A DNA stretch of 61,217 nucleotides, from the IMG/VR virus record IMGVR_UViG_3300035128_000109, positions 1-61,217 of that record, one strand, 5' to 3'. Position numbers and translations under genes: made by a program. This document shows positions 17,068 to 26,887 of the stretch, piece by piece. Below the pieces are notes generated by a model, which worked only from the letters and a program-made list of their open reading frames with translations, did not search any database and was not told the DNA's origin. This DNA comes from a virus (lineage: Duplodnaviria > Caudoviricetes). How positions within the stretch are numbered: the stretch's first letter is position 1; every line of letters begins with the position of its first letter.

Positions 17068-17623
17068 GCCATTAGAAATGCCGTTAGATTTTGAGCCTGA
17101 GCCATTAGATTCAGACACTCTTGAATCTATGGCTCAGGAGTTTGAAGAAGCTCTGAAATCTAATGGCAGTAACGAGGTAAATCTAACGGCAGCCTACAAT
17201 ATCGAGTTTACAGAAGGAAGGACCAAAAAAAATGGAAAATGGATCAAAACAGGGAAGTTCTATTGGATCTACACCAAATATAAGGATGGGAAAAGACAAC
17301 GCATCAGCCCAACTCAGGTCCACGGAAAAATCCGATTCCTCACCAGACTTGAAAACTGTCCCCACAAAGGAAGGGTCAAGTCCTTCCTTAGAAACAACGA
17401 ACGGGCAGCCATTAGAATTGACACCGAAGATTCTAATGGCTGTGATGATCTTGATCGAGGACTTCAAAGCGTTGAAGGAACTATCTTCGACAAGTCGGCA
17501 AGTCGCAAATAACGGAAAAGTGTATCAAGTTATAGACTTGCCGGGGCACGATCTAATGGCTGTAGATGGAATTCTAATGGTGAACGGTCAGCCATTAGAA
17601 GATTTACTCGAAAATCTAATGGC
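17068..17623. repeat. Cluster of ~11 GCCATTAGA/TCTAATGGC 9-mers in both orientations
   Basis: Copies at 17068, 17080*, 17101, 17159, 17182*, 17408, 17432, 17552, 17573*, 17591 and 17615 (* = one mismatch). Confidence 0.85.
17078..17512 (+). CDS. Hypothetical protein carrying the 9-mer repeats
   Basis: 144-aa ORF; overlaps a second plausible ORF ending at 17642. Confidence 0.5.
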   Translation: MPLDFEPEPLDSDTLESMAQEFEEALKSNGSNEVNLTAAYNIEFTEGRTKKNGKWIKTGKFYWIYTKYKDGKRQRISPTQVHGKIRFLTRLENCPHKGRVKSFLRNNERAAIRIDTEDSNGCDDLDRGLQSVEGTIFDKSASRK

Positions 17624-17644
17624 TAAATCTAAAGAGAGGTAAAG

Positions 17645-17800
17645 ATGAAAAAGAGCTACGCGGCATTTGGATTCTGTATTGGGCTTCTGGTAGCCGGCCT
17701 TGTTTTCCTAGCAGAGCGCACAACTCAACAAATTGCCTGGCTGCTGATTGCATCCTTCCCACTATCCTGGGGATTCGCCGGCTATTTATTCCAACGGTAA
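17645..17800 (+). CDS. Small two-helix membrane protein
   Basis: GAGG RBS, MKKSYAAFGFCIGLLV...YLFQR; below the ORF track cutoff. Confidence 0.55.
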   Translation: MKKSYAAFGFCIGLLVAGLVFLAERTTQQIAWLLIASFPLSWGFAGYLFQR

Positions 17801-17874
17801 CCCATTTTTCGAGCCACTGTCAGAGCTTCTGACACCCACAAGTTCAATCGAAAAGTAAAAACAGGTAATCTGAT

Positions 17875-18171
17875 ATGGATAAGACCAAAAAACTCAGGGA
17901 GACGCTAAAAAAGTTGCATGACCAGGACGGCCTCTCCTGGCGTACAATCGCCGGCCTGCGTAAGTATAAAGGTATTCCAGCTGGCACGCTCTGTTCGATC
18001 TATAACGGAGATCCGGTTCCGGATGTTCACAAGCAGCGACTCGGCATTCCAAAAAAGCCGGCCCCGCCGGCCTGGGTCACTGAAGCCGCCGACAATCTTG
18101 CAAGACTCGAAGCAAAAGCGCTGCCTCAACAAAAGCGGACCTACAATCGCAAAGGAAAACGAGTGACATGA
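17875..18171 (+). CDS. Putative HTH protein
   Basis: GLSWRTIA...GIPAGTLCSIYNG pattern. Confidence 0.55.
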   Translation: MDKTKKLRETLKKLHDQDGLSWRTIAGLRKYKGIPAGTLCSIYNGDPVPDVHKQRLGIPKKPAPPAWVTEAADNLARLEAKALPQQKRTYNRKGKRVT

Positions 18172-18437
18172 AAAAAACATTAAAAGAGATATCAGAAGAT
18201 CTGGACAATAGTATGAGTGAGGAGGAGAAAAAACTTGTACAAGCTAGACAATATCTTATTGAAGCTAAAGAGGCAGAGGAAAAAGCAAAAAGAAATAAAA
18301 GTCATGCTTTGAAGATGTTCTCTGAAGCCGGATACTGCGATTGTCCATATCCTTATTATGCGAAGGATAAAAAAGGAAACTGCACAGTATGCAAAAAACC
18401 ATCCAGAGAATCACTTCTAAAAACATTCTTGCCATAA
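18168..18437 (+). CDS. Hypothetical protein
   Basis: Coupled ORF with CDCP and CTVC. Confidence 0.5.
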   Translation: MKKTLKEISEDLDNSMSEEEKKLVQARQYLIEAKEAEEKAKRNKSHALKMFSEAGYCDCPYPYYAKDKKGNCTVCKKPSRESLLKTFLP

Positions 18438-18766
18438 TAATCTTCCTGGGACTATCCCTGGCCTGCGCACTCCAGGCTGCGCCGGCTATACTTGCAAACC
18501 CCACCCAGGCACCAACTCCCACCGCCACCGTCGTAGACGTAGAAGTTGAACCGGAGCCGACCCCCAAGCTCCGCACCTACACCGTGACCGCATACCGCTT
18601 GTGGGTGCGCGACATGGACATGGAGAGAGTCGGCTACCTGCGCCATGGAGAACCGGTCGAATGTGTGCCAACAGACTCCGGGTGGTGTATGATGGAGGGG
18701 GGTTGGCGAGTATGGGAGGGATGCCTGGAGCCGAACCCAAACGAATTAGGATGTGAGGCGAGGTGA
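18389..18766 (+). CDS. Putative lipoprotein with SH3-like C-terminal domain
   Basis: Signal peptide ending LSLAC, PT-rich linker, LWVR...VGYL..GE.V. Confidence 0.55.
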   Translation: MQKTIQRITSKNILAIIIFLGLSLACALQAAPAILANPTQAPTPTATVVDVEVEPEPTPKLRTYTVTAYRLWVRDMDMERVGYLRHGEPVECVPTDSGWCMMEGGWRVWEGCLEPNPNELGCEAR

Positions 18767-18911
18767 TAAAATTTCTGGCAAGATTAATTTTGAACCTCAT
18801 GGACATGACAGAGACAATGAAAAAAAGAAAAATACACTGTCGAGTCTGTGGATATTACAGAACAGAATGGCCTAGTGGATTGGTTGATCGATGCGGATAA
18901 GGAGAACGGCG

Positions 18912-19109
18912 ATGGAAATCAAAAAAGCTAAACAGGAAGTCGAAAAGTTAGAGGCTGCAATTAATAACCTGATCGGGAATTTCGAAAAACAGACAGGCTT
19001 GCCCGTCGAGGGTATTGACCTTAGAACTATCAACCACGTTGGAGGCGGAAAAGTGATTGGTACACAACATATCGTAAATGTACGCGTTCTTCTTTCGCCA
19101 CACTTGTAG
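18912..19109 (+). CDS. Hypothetical protein
   Basis: AAGGAG RBS before MEIKKAK. Confidence 0.55.
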   Translation: MEIKKAKQEVEKLEAAINNLIGNFEKQTGLPVEGIDLRTINHVGGGKVIGTQHIVNVRVLLSPHL

Positions 19110-19264
19110 GTAAAATATGAAACACAAGATCAAACCCGTCCAACGCTGGGATGAATTCAGCCAACTGAACGAATGGGTGTGCGCCGTATGCCATTTTAGG
19201 CTCATCCGGTTGATCGGTTTCTCGCAGCCATTCTGCCATCATTGGAGAAAGGTAGAGTAGGAAA

Positions 19265-19576
19265 ATGAAAATCATCATTCGACAATATGATATCGAAAAC
19301 ACGTCTGAAATCCCATCTATCAATAAGCCGTCATTGCAACCCAGAATACAAGAGTTTTATTTTGAAAATGCTGAGATAATAATCCACTCAAAAGGCAAAA
19401 GTCAGAATGGCATGGTTTTTGATTCAGAAGGAGTCCTGGTTCTGGATGAAATTGTTGCATATTCAAAAGACGGATCCAGATTGACTCGAGGGTATTCAGT
19501 AAGCGGCACCTTCATGTCGCCGGAATCTGATGTGCATGGATTGATCCTAAAAGACAAAATGGTAGGAAAGAAATGA
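19265..19576 (+). CDS. Hypothetical protein
   Basis: 103-aa ORF coupled to the next gene. Confidence 0.55.
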   Translation: MKIIIRQYDIENTSEIPSINKPSLQPRIQEFYFENAEIIIHSKGKSQNGMVFDSEGVLVLDEIVAYSKDGSRLTRGYSVSGTFMSPESDVHGLILKDKMVGKK

Positions 19577-20049
19577 AATTACAAGCCGCATGGCAATCCA
19601 GCAGGAACAAGAAACTCGGTAACGCCGGCGAAGAGGCCGCTGCCGCAGCCCTGCGCCGGATTGGGGTTTTGATGGTCGAGGAAATCGGGACTCCGTTCGT
19701 GGTGACCAATCGCAAGGGAACCTGGGTCAAAGGGTTCTGGAAAACGAAAGTCTCGGGCGACCTGAGAGGACACACCCGAAAAGGAACCTCTGTCCTGGCA
19801 GAAGTAAAAACCATATTTGACCGCAACCTGCGATGGAGCGACCTGGATGATCACCAGAATAGAGCTCTCGAAGAACACTCCAAATACGCAATCTCTCTCC
19901 TAATCTGGATAAACGAAACTGGCCCCCACGTTATGAATTGGTGGACACTCACCCAAAGCAGTATTCTATTCGAACCAGGAAAATCAATCACTCCAGAGCA
20001 GGCCATTGACCTGGAGTTGCGTGAAATCAATATGGCAGAGGTGCTTTAG
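19573..20049 (+). CDS. RecU-like Holliday junction resolvase (PD-(D/E)xK nuclease)
   Basis: G..GE, GDLRG, LAEVKT and HQ..AL motifs. Confidence 0.7.
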   Translation: MKLQAAWQSSRNKKLGNAGEEAAAAALRRIGVLMVEEIGTPFVVTNRKGTWVKGFWKTKVSGDLRGHTRKGTSVLAEVKTIFDRNLRWSDLDDHQNRALEEHSKYAISLLIWINETGPHVMNWWTLTQSSILFEPGKSITPEQAIDLELREINMAEVL

Positions 20050-20074
20050 CCGGCGCTCTTTCCGCCCTGTACCG

Positions 20075-20105
20075 AAACTCCCCTCAAATTGAGGGGAGTT
20101 TTTTT
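20075..20105. terminator. Rho-independent terminator between convergent operons
   Basis: AAACTCCCCTCAA/TTGAGGGGAGTTT hairpin followed by a T run. Confidence 0.85.
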
Positions 20106-20125
20106 ATTCTATGGATGGAAAACGT

Positions 20126-20491
20126 TTATCCTTTTGCACTTCCCCATAGTTTTTCGCCAATCCCAAACAGGGCCAGGATAGCCAAAACGAATACAATCCC
20201 GGAAATGGCAACACCGCCGAAAGCATCAGGAACCGCATTCTCGATCAGAGAAATGAAATAGGCCGACAGAGTCAATGCAACCTGCATTTCATACTGCTTG
20301 AAATATTCAAGGAATGGCAGCAGCAAAACCACCTTCGTGAATACCCAGCCAACAACGAACACGACCACGGCTGTAATACCGGTCTCGACGCTCTGCGGAA
20401 GATCCACAAAGCCGAGGCCAACGCCGGCCTGTGTAGCCGGCAAAAGCAAAATTGCCAGGCCGATCACAATAGGTGCAATAAACTTTTTCAT
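20126..20491 (-). CDS. Membrane protein, holin candidate
   Basis: 3-4 transmembrane helices; last gene of the late operon. Confidence 0.5.
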   Translation of the reverse strand: MKKFIAPIVIGLAILLLPATQAGVGLGFVDLPQSVETGITAVVVFVVGWVFTKVVLLLPFLEYFKQYEMQVALTLSAYFISLIENAVPDAFGGVAISGIVFVLAILALFGIGEKLWGSAKG

Positions 20492-20545
20492 GAAAATCTC
20501 CTTTTCCCGGAACGCCCGGGAATCACTAGTGATAACCATATTTTA

Positions 20546-21658
20546 CTACAAATACTTTTCAATCTTGGCCAAGAACCGGTCCCGCCGGAAGGGGCTTCCG
20601 ATCATGCGCCGCTTCCAGTCGGTAACCTCTTCATCGTCCCGGACCGCACGCCGGAGCAGGCTGAGAGTCTGCTCCTTGTTCTCGCACTGCATAATGTCAT
20701 AGGGAAACGCGACCAGATGTTCATATTTTTTCCAGCTACGCGCCCACAGGACCGGTCCACGACGGTGCTGGACGTGGGTCGGCATATCCGTTGCCATGGC
20801 TACCGCTGGCGTGCCTCGGGCCACAGCCAGGTACAAGAACGTCTGGTGAGCTACAACCATGTCGGCTCCATCGATCTGGTCATACATATTATTCATGAAA
20901 CCAACCGTGTAGCTGATATTTGGGTGATCGATTTTATCAAGCCCAGACTCTCCCAGGTCTTTGACAAAGCGCACAGTCAGCTTGATATCGTCGTCATAAG
21001 CCAGCCGCGCCAGACGCTCGAACGTCCCCCGATTGACATCCTGATCCACCCCGCTGCATCTTGGATGAATGGGAGCAAATAGCACCTCCCGGGGTTCGTC
21101 TTTGGGCTTGAAATTCCGGATCGGGCACAGGGACCAGCCGACCACTTCCAGCGGGCGCGAATATCCAAAGGCTCTCATAACCTCGATATGCCCCTGGGCG
21201 CTCACAAAATGGGCGCTCGTCCAGGCCCACTCTTTGAAAATATCGTTCACAAGATCGGGCCTGGCAGCATGGGGATAGACAAAAAAAGCCTTCGTCCCGA
21301 CCTTGCGCATTTTTTCAAGTTTATGCTGCCGGCCTCCCATGTCCGTATCGGTCAGGACAAAATGAGTTCTCGGGTAGTTGAAGCCATCTATCAGGTGATA
21401 TTTACCACCATGGTTGAGGGCCTGAATAAATTTATCTGCTTTTCCTTGGTGGTTGAAACATGCAAAAGCGATCTTGTCCGAGGGAACCGAAGAGGGGAGA
21501 AACTGTTTTCGAGGAGGCCGCCTTCGAGGAGGCCGGCCTGTTGAATGTTCCTTAGCGACAAAGGTAGTTTTTCTGCAATCCCGACAAATATATTTATCAA
21601 CATTGGTCATTGACCGGACAAAACGCAGCCTGGGACTATCGCAATGCTGGCATCTCAT
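20546..21658 (-). CDS. Glycosyltransferase-like protein (paralog of 23920-24828) with N-terminal Zn ribbon
   Basis: Shares F.YPH, VM.A.GY, LF.P, ID.AD, AVARG.P and A(F/Y)P blocks with its paralog. Confidence 0.55.
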   Translation of the reverse strand: MRCQHCDSPRLRFVRSMTNVDKYICRDCRKTTFVAKEHSTGRPPRRRPPRKQFLPSSVPSDKIAFACFNHQGKADKFIQALNHGGKYHLIDGFNYPRTHFVLTDTDMGGRQHKLEKMRKVGTKAFFVYPHAARPDLVNDIFKEWAWTSAHFVSAQGHIEVMRAFGYSRPLEVVGWSLCPIRNFKPKDEPREVLFAPIHPRCSGVDQDVNRGTFERLARLAYDDDIKLTVRFVKDLGESGLDKIDHPNISYTVGFMNNMYDQIDGADMVVAHQTFLYLAVARGTPAVAMATDMPTHVQHRRGPVLWARSWKKYEHLVAFPYDIMQCENKEQTLSLLRRAVRDDEEVTDWKRRMIGSPFRRDRFLAKIEKYL

Positions 21659-22265
21659 TTTCTATCCGGTTTTTGTTGGGAATTTTTAGGAACACTCTGG
21701 CCACATAATGCCCGTTAGCGCCTGGCACATGGTAAACCGTATCGATACATTTCATTCCATAGCTCTGGAATATCTTTCGATAGTTGCGGGAAGTATGCAG
21801 AGAACTGCTTTTACTCTTTTCATCCTCGATAGTAACGATCAATTTCCGTGTGCGCTCGGCCATTTTGGCGAAGACCCATTCGCTATTGGGATGGATGTGC
21901 ATCAGCACCGCCACGGTAAAAATAACATGTACCGTCCTGTGGGTGGGCAGTTGTTCTTCAATGGTGCCAACTCTGATTTTGGCTCCAATTTCCGGGTATT
22001 CATTTTGCATCAGGCCAACTGCATCCGGGTTGATCTCGATTCCGTAGAGTCGTTCATAGCCCTCTCGCCTGAGCGCCAATAAATTTCTGCCTACATTACA
22101 CCCTAACTCGAGGATGGTATCGGTATGAAAAACATGGTGTTTTTGAAAGAGTTCCAGTAAGAATTTGCTGCGTTTGTTGGGTCTATTCCCAAGGATGTAC
22201 CGCTCGGGCCCGTTCTCCGCCGGCGGGTTATACCAGTAATCCCAGACATCTTCCCGTTTATTCAT
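21636..22265 (-). CDS. Class I SAM-dependent methyltransferase
   Basis: ILELGCNVGRNL, GIEIN and AVLMHI motifs; likely start MNKREDVW. Confidence 0.8.
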   Translation of the reverse strand: MNKREDVWDYWYNPPAENGPERYILGNRPNKRSKFLLELFQKHHVFHTDTILELGCNVGRNLLALRREGYERLYGIEINPDAVGLMQNEYPEIGAKIRVGTIEEQLPTHRTVHVIFTVAVLMHIHPNSEWVFAKMAERTRKLIVTIEDEKSKSSSLHTSRNYRKIFQSYGMKCIDTVYHVPGANGHYVARVFLKIPNKNRIENEMPALR

Positions 22266-23094
22266 TTGCACACCAGACTCCCATCCTGGACAACATTCCA
22301 TTCGAATGGTCTTTCCAATCCAGGCCGGCTTGTTTGAAAACAGGTTCGATCTCACCGGCAAACTCGGCAGCCTCGACCCAATCCCACTGCGTATCGACTC
22401 CCAGGTAGTTGGTAAACAATTTCTCAACTCGAAACGCATCCGGTTCATAATCGGGCGGACCCTTCCACCAGTGATGACTCGCGTTCCTGCCATCCGGGAA
22501 ACATAGATCGAAGCCGATAGTGTGGACTTTTGAGCAACCCAGGATGCCAGCCCAATGCAAGCACTGGAAAGCGACGCCCCCCACACTCCAATCTGTTCGA
22601 CATCCTATCTCGGCTCGTTTCTTGAATCTGGCACCTAACATCAGTCCTGGTCCATACTCCCGCAAGTTGAAGTCCTTTCCAATCCAAGCCCTGTTGAACC
22701 TGATAATGTTGGGAGAATGGAGGTGGAAGTGAGAAGCTACAGACTCTAGGTCTTTGTGACAGTTCGGCATCCAGTTCTGCCAATTGATAAGCCGGAATTT
22801 AGACGTATTCTTCGCCCGGAACACGTGCAAATATTGATAATCCCTCTCGACGTGCCCTGAGTGGATAAACGCCCTATTTAGATTCTCCCCGACAACCCAA
22901 TACTCCGCCCCTGGGATCGCGGTCGCGCTGTTGCAGGTAATGATGACATCTGGGTCAATTTCCTTCCTAACCCGGTTCCATTGTTTCCCGCTCGGACCGC
23001 CCAGAATAATCAAAGCACGGCTCCCCTCGAATTTCCCTTTGTGTTTATTGATGACAACCGGCTCATCTGGTCGATTGTGTAAAGCGTCAAACAT
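22258..23094 (-). CDS. DUF115/MAF-like sugar-transfer protein (paralog of 26888-27718)
   Basis: ALIILGGPSG, DVIITCN and LGCSKVHTIGFD motifs. Confidence 0.6.
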   Translation of the reverse strand: MFDALHNRPDEPVVINKHKGKFEGSRALIILGGPSGKQWNRVRKEIDPDVIITCNSATAIPGAEYWVVGENLNRAFIHSGHVERDYQYLHVFRAKNTSKFRLINWQNWMPNCHKDLESVASHFHLHSPNIIRFNRAWIGKDFNLREYGPGLMLGARFKKRAEIGCRTDWSVGGVAFQCLHWAGILGCSKVHTIGFDLCFPDGRNASHHWWKGPPDYEPDAFRVEKLFTNYLGVDTQWDWVEAAEFAGEIEPVFKQAGLDWKDHSNGMLSRMGVWCANE

Positions 23095-23920
23095 CTCGAA
23101 GATCCTCGTCCAACACATTTCCCATGTGCCGGCACAGTCTCTCCACGGTGCAAAGCCTAAGTCCTACCTCGTCAAGGGCAACATCAAAGGGCCACTCATC
23201 AGGAGTCAACAATCCATCCACTGCCTCGCCTGCGACCCTGGAAACATTCCTGACAAATCCTACAAATTGGCAATGGTGAGATTGGGCATAGACCTGCTGG
23301 CCCAGGTAGCTGATCCTGTAGTCCAGATCGTCCTTTGTAAGGTTTTTGTATTTTTTCCAACTCCATCCGACAGAGGCGGCGTGTTCTTTCTCCCATTTTT
23401 CAGGGATAAAACGACCCTGTTCCAGTTTTGCATTCTCCCTGGCCCATTCCAGGGTTTTATCAATACCATGTCGGAATTGCGTTCTGATCGGGTATCCGCT
23501 GACCGCGGATACACCAGGGAACAATCTCAATAACCCTAATTGAGGAAAAAACCAATCATCATAATAATAGATATCATCATCCGAATAACAAACAATAGAG
23601 TGGGGAGACAGCATCTTCAACATCAAAGCCCTGGCTACGCCTTTGCCAAGATTGGGGGATTGAATCAGGATGTCCGGTTGAAAATCTTCCTGCAACCATT
23701 CCAATAAAGGCCAGCCGGATCCGTTGTCCCATACAATGAACGTGTGCTCACAATGACCTCCGGCCCGCATCGTCCGTAGACAGGTCTGTATCACCTCGAG
23801 TCTGTTTTTGTGATAATCGGATTCGTCGTTGTCCAGCCAGTGAGTAACGACCAAAAATACGGTTGATTTTATTTCATAGCCAGCCGGCTTTTTGAAGTTT
23901 GGATTACGACCGACTCGCAT
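23087..23920 (-). CDS. Glycosyltransferase, family 2-like
   Basis: IVWDNGS, NLGKG and YSDDD motifs. Confidence 0.8.
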   Translation of the reverse strand: MRVGRNPNFKKPAGYEIKSTVFLVVTHWLDNDESDYHKNRLEVIQTCLRTMRAGGHCEHTFIVWDNGSGWPLLEWLQEDFQPDILIQSPNLGKGVARALMLKMLSPHSIVCYSDDDIYYYDDWFFPQLGLLRLFPGVSAVSGYPIRTQFRHGIDKTLEWARENAKLEQGRFIPEKWEKEHAASVGWSWKKYKNLTKDDLDYRISYLGQQVYAQSHHCQFVGFVRNVSRVAGEAVDGLLTPDEWPFDVALDEVGLRLCTVERLCRHMGNVLDEDLRDV

Positions 23921-24828
23921 TATATATATTCCTTGACGATTTCTAAGAAACGATTTGCATCAAAGTTTCCGCCAATGTGCGCATCTTTCCATTTCTCTAC
24001 CATACTGGCCCCGGATCTGGAAAATCTGAGCACTTCATCAATTGTCATACGCTCCAGGGAAAGGGGATAAGCATAGATATCGCGGTACTGCTCGAAATGC
24101 TTGGCTCGCCGGCCCGTGATCGTCTCGAGCGGTTCATCCTGCCCATACATAATAGTGGGGCATCCCCGGGCAACTCCCAGGGCCGCCGGGGTGGTAACGG
24201 AAATCATAAGGTCGGCCTTGTCGATTCGCTCGATCATTTCATCTGCCGGACTTTTGGAGCTTTTCGGATTGGTCGTGATCACATGCCAACCCAAGTCGCC
24301 ATTGTGTAAATTGGGGAATTGGCCGGCTATTCGGCAAACTATTACACTATCCCAAATATCATGGTAATCGAGAATGAATTTTAGAACTCCCTCGTCTAGT
24401 CGAGCTTGCCGGCCTTTATCTCGCCTGGGCCTGGCCGGGACAAATAACAGGTTTAGTTTTTTGGCCGGCCGGAAGGGCAATACTTCACAACGAGGGAAAC
24501 CACATGACTCCACGCGACTCGCGTATCCGTAAGCCTTCATCACGGCTCGCTGCCCCTCGCCGGCTACGAAATTGCAGGCTACCGGTAAGGGCTCATATAT
24601 CCCATCCCAGATATAACTGGTCAATGGGGTATGCGGGTAGATGAACGCCGGTCCCCGGTTAGCAATAAACTCTGCCTTCATATCTCGACGCCTGAAATGG
24701 TTCTCAATATCGTACAGGATGAAATCGGCTTGATTGATCTTCGTAGCTCGGTCGAAGCTGGCCGACTCCAGGGCCTTCACATAGGCTCGGGAAGAGTCCT
24801 TGTTCTCGAAAACAAAGAATTTTTTCAT
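23920..24828 (-). CDS. Glycosyltransferase-like protein
   Basis: Paralog of 20546-21658; GFPR and ADLMIS GT-B-like blocks. Confidence 0.55.
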   Translation of the reverse strand: MKKFFVFENKDSSRAYVKALESASFDRATKINQADFILYDIENHFRRRDMKAEFIANRGPAFIYPHTPLTSYIWDGIYEPLPVACNFVAGEGQRAVMKAYGYASRVESCGFPRCEVLPFRPAKKLNLLFVPARPRRDKGRQARLDEGVLKFILDYHDIWDSVIVCRIAGQFPNLHNGDLGWHVITTNPKSSKSPADEMIERIDKADLMISVTTPAALGVARGCPTIMYGQDEPLETITGRRAKHFEQYRDIYAYPLSLERMTIDEVLRFSRSGASMVEKWKDAHIGGNFDANRFLEIVKEYI

Positions 24829-25460
24829 CTCATCACCTTCAAGAAATCTACATAAGACTCAAAATTTGCCATATCGAAATAATACTCCATTTTGAAACCA
24901 TGCCATGGTAACTCCTGCATGGCCAGGTTTATCGCGTCTGTATAGGTTTCCAGATGCGCAGCCAGCCACAGGTCACGTACCTCACGACTCCAGCCCAGGA
25001 CTCCCCAAGCTAAACCAGGCTTGCCCATCTGTTTATTGACGATCGCCCCGTTCCTGAGCATCCCGAATCGCTCTGACATATTTGTCTGGTGCAAACCCAG
25101 CGAGATCCCATCCATAGGGAACTCTCCAAAAACGCTTATATCCGGGTAAGTGTCGGGCATCGCAAAATAATAATAGTCGGCATACTCCTCCAGGCCGGCC
25201 AGGATAGATCCCCAGAAATCGAGATCCATCCGCTCGTTAGGCCTAAGTGATACACGCTCGTTGAGATTGCAACGGTCGATATGCCGCACGATTTCTGCTC
25301 CGGTCGCGTCTCCATATACTATAATGGCCTTCTCCGCCGGCATTGTTTTGATAGCCCTATCCAATAACCATTCCCGCTCCCCGCAGGGCAACAGGAACTT
25401 CGGATACCCGCCCCAACGGGATCCAACGCCGGCAGCTGGAATAATCCCTATCTTGCGCAT
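24825..25460 (-). CDS. Sugar-phosphate nucleotidyltransferase
   Basis: GIIPAAGVGSRW..PKFLLP, AMPDT and ERFG motifs. Confidence 0.8.
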   Translation of the reverse strand: MRKIGIIPAAGVGSRWGGYPKFLLPCGEREWLLDRAIKTMPAEKAIIVYGDATGAEIVRHIDRCNLNERVSLRPNERMDLDFWGSILAGLEEYADYYYFAMPDTYPDISVFGEFPMDGISLGLHQTNMSERFGMLRNGAIVNKQMGKPGLAWGVLGWSREVRDLWLAAHLETYTDAINLAMQELPWHGFKMEYYFDMANFESYVDFLKVMR

Positions 25461-26749
25461 TAGTATTCCTTCAATCCCATGGCCCCGACGGCGGATATAC
25501 TAGCCGTCATTGGGGTGATACACAATATAAGCTGGTCCTGGGTACCATCCAGACTCTGTCCCAGGTAAGCCAGTATATTCTCTTCAAAAATCGTCTCCGG
25601 GAATTTGCTCCCATGGATATGATACCCGGAGGCAATGATTGTGCCGGCTGCGGCTACTGTGATGTTTCCATCCCCGTCTGCTTCTCGTAGGGCAGAGTTG
25701 GGAACATTCGAATATGATAACGCCCCAGAGAGAGTCGGGTTGCGTTCGAGGGTCCAAAGCACACGATCATTGATAGAATCAACCAATAGGTCAAGGCCGC
25801 TCAATTTAATAACAATATCACGATAGGCGTTTTGCCGGCTGACCGCCTTGACTGGATATTTTGTGCCCACCAGTGAATAGGTAACATCGACATGCCCGCA
25901 ATCAATCCCATGGCTATGACCGCTCTCCTCGATGGTCCCCTCAGTCGAAACCTGTGCGCAAATGTAGCGGAACGAACCGCTGCCTGAGGACGAGCGGATC
26001 TCGTGCCTAATTGGCTGGTTCGGAGAGAGCATAAAAACGTCTGGCTCTGTGCCGGCCCAAACGAACTGGTGCGCCAGGCGGAATCCTTTACTGGTCATTA
26101 TCGATAAGCGCAGGATTGCGCCTCCCAACCACAGGAAGTCAATTAGAATGACTGTGAAGTTTTTCCAGTTAGACGCCTCTTTATATTCTTCGATCGTCGA
26201 GTATCCGCTCCAATCTTCTAACGCCACATTGAGCGTTTCCGTGCCGGCCCGAGAACAGATCAAACGAATGGTTTCTCCGTCGCTCTCCAGCCATACCCCG
26301 TCCAGAATTGCAGAGTAGGGACTTACAACAGAAGATGAGAAATACCCACAGCGTTTTACAACACCCGACTGTGGTTGAAAATTATCGAAAGTCAATTCAA
26401 CCACCTGGCTCTTGCCGCTAAAATACTGGTGGAACCATCTGGTGGACTTGACAAACCATTGGCCGGCAGTCACGGACATGTTGAATTTATTAGCATCCAC
26501 GGCCCCCGTCCCCGTGCCGGCATTTTCCCACAGGAGTGAATGTTCATAGCCTAAAGATTTGTAATCGCCCAGGGTAGTAAGCTGGCCGACGCGGACTCTC
26601 CCGCCGGCATCGAATTGGATCCCGATTGGAGCCTGGGCAACCGCCTCAGCATGGGTGCCATCCCCCATGTCAACATAGCGTTTGGTTATGTCGATATTGG
26701 CAGAGTCCCCAAAACCGTTGATACGTTCAACGCCAAACTGGTCAGCCAT
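25460..26749 (-). CDS. Putative virion structural protein
   Basis: Beta-rich 429-aa ORF; FDAGGRVRV...YFSGKSQ...WLGG pattern typical of phage structural proteins. Confidence 0.5.
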   Translation of the reverse strand: MADQFGVERINGFGDSANIDITKRYVDMGDGTHAEAVAQAPIGIQFDAGGRVRVGQLTTLGDYKSLGYEHSLLWENAGTGTGAVDANKFNMSVTAGQWFVKSTRWFHQYFSGKSQVVELTFDNFQPQSGVVKRCGYFSSSVVSPYSAILDGVWLESDGETIRLICSRAGTETLNVALEDWSGYSTIEEYKEASNWKNFTVILIDFLWLGGAILRLSIMTSKGFRLAHQFVWAGTEPDVFMLSPNQPIRHEIRSSSGSGSFRYICAQVSTEGTIEESGHSHGIDCGHVDVTYSLVGTKYPVKAVSRQNAYRDIVIKLSGLDLLVDSINDRVLWTLERNPTLSGALSYSNVPNSALREADGDGNITVAAAGTIIASGYHIHGSKFPETIFEENILAYLGQSLDGTQDQLILCITPMTASISAVGAMGLKEY

Positions 26750-26887
26750 TTTTCAAACTCTCTTTGAAATACCCAACATGGGTGGAGCACTTCAACTTAG
26801 CGCCGATCACCTTCGAGCCCAACCCGGACTCGCGGATCAACACCTTGACGTGCTCAGATTTTTGTTTCCCGCAGACTTTGCACATGC

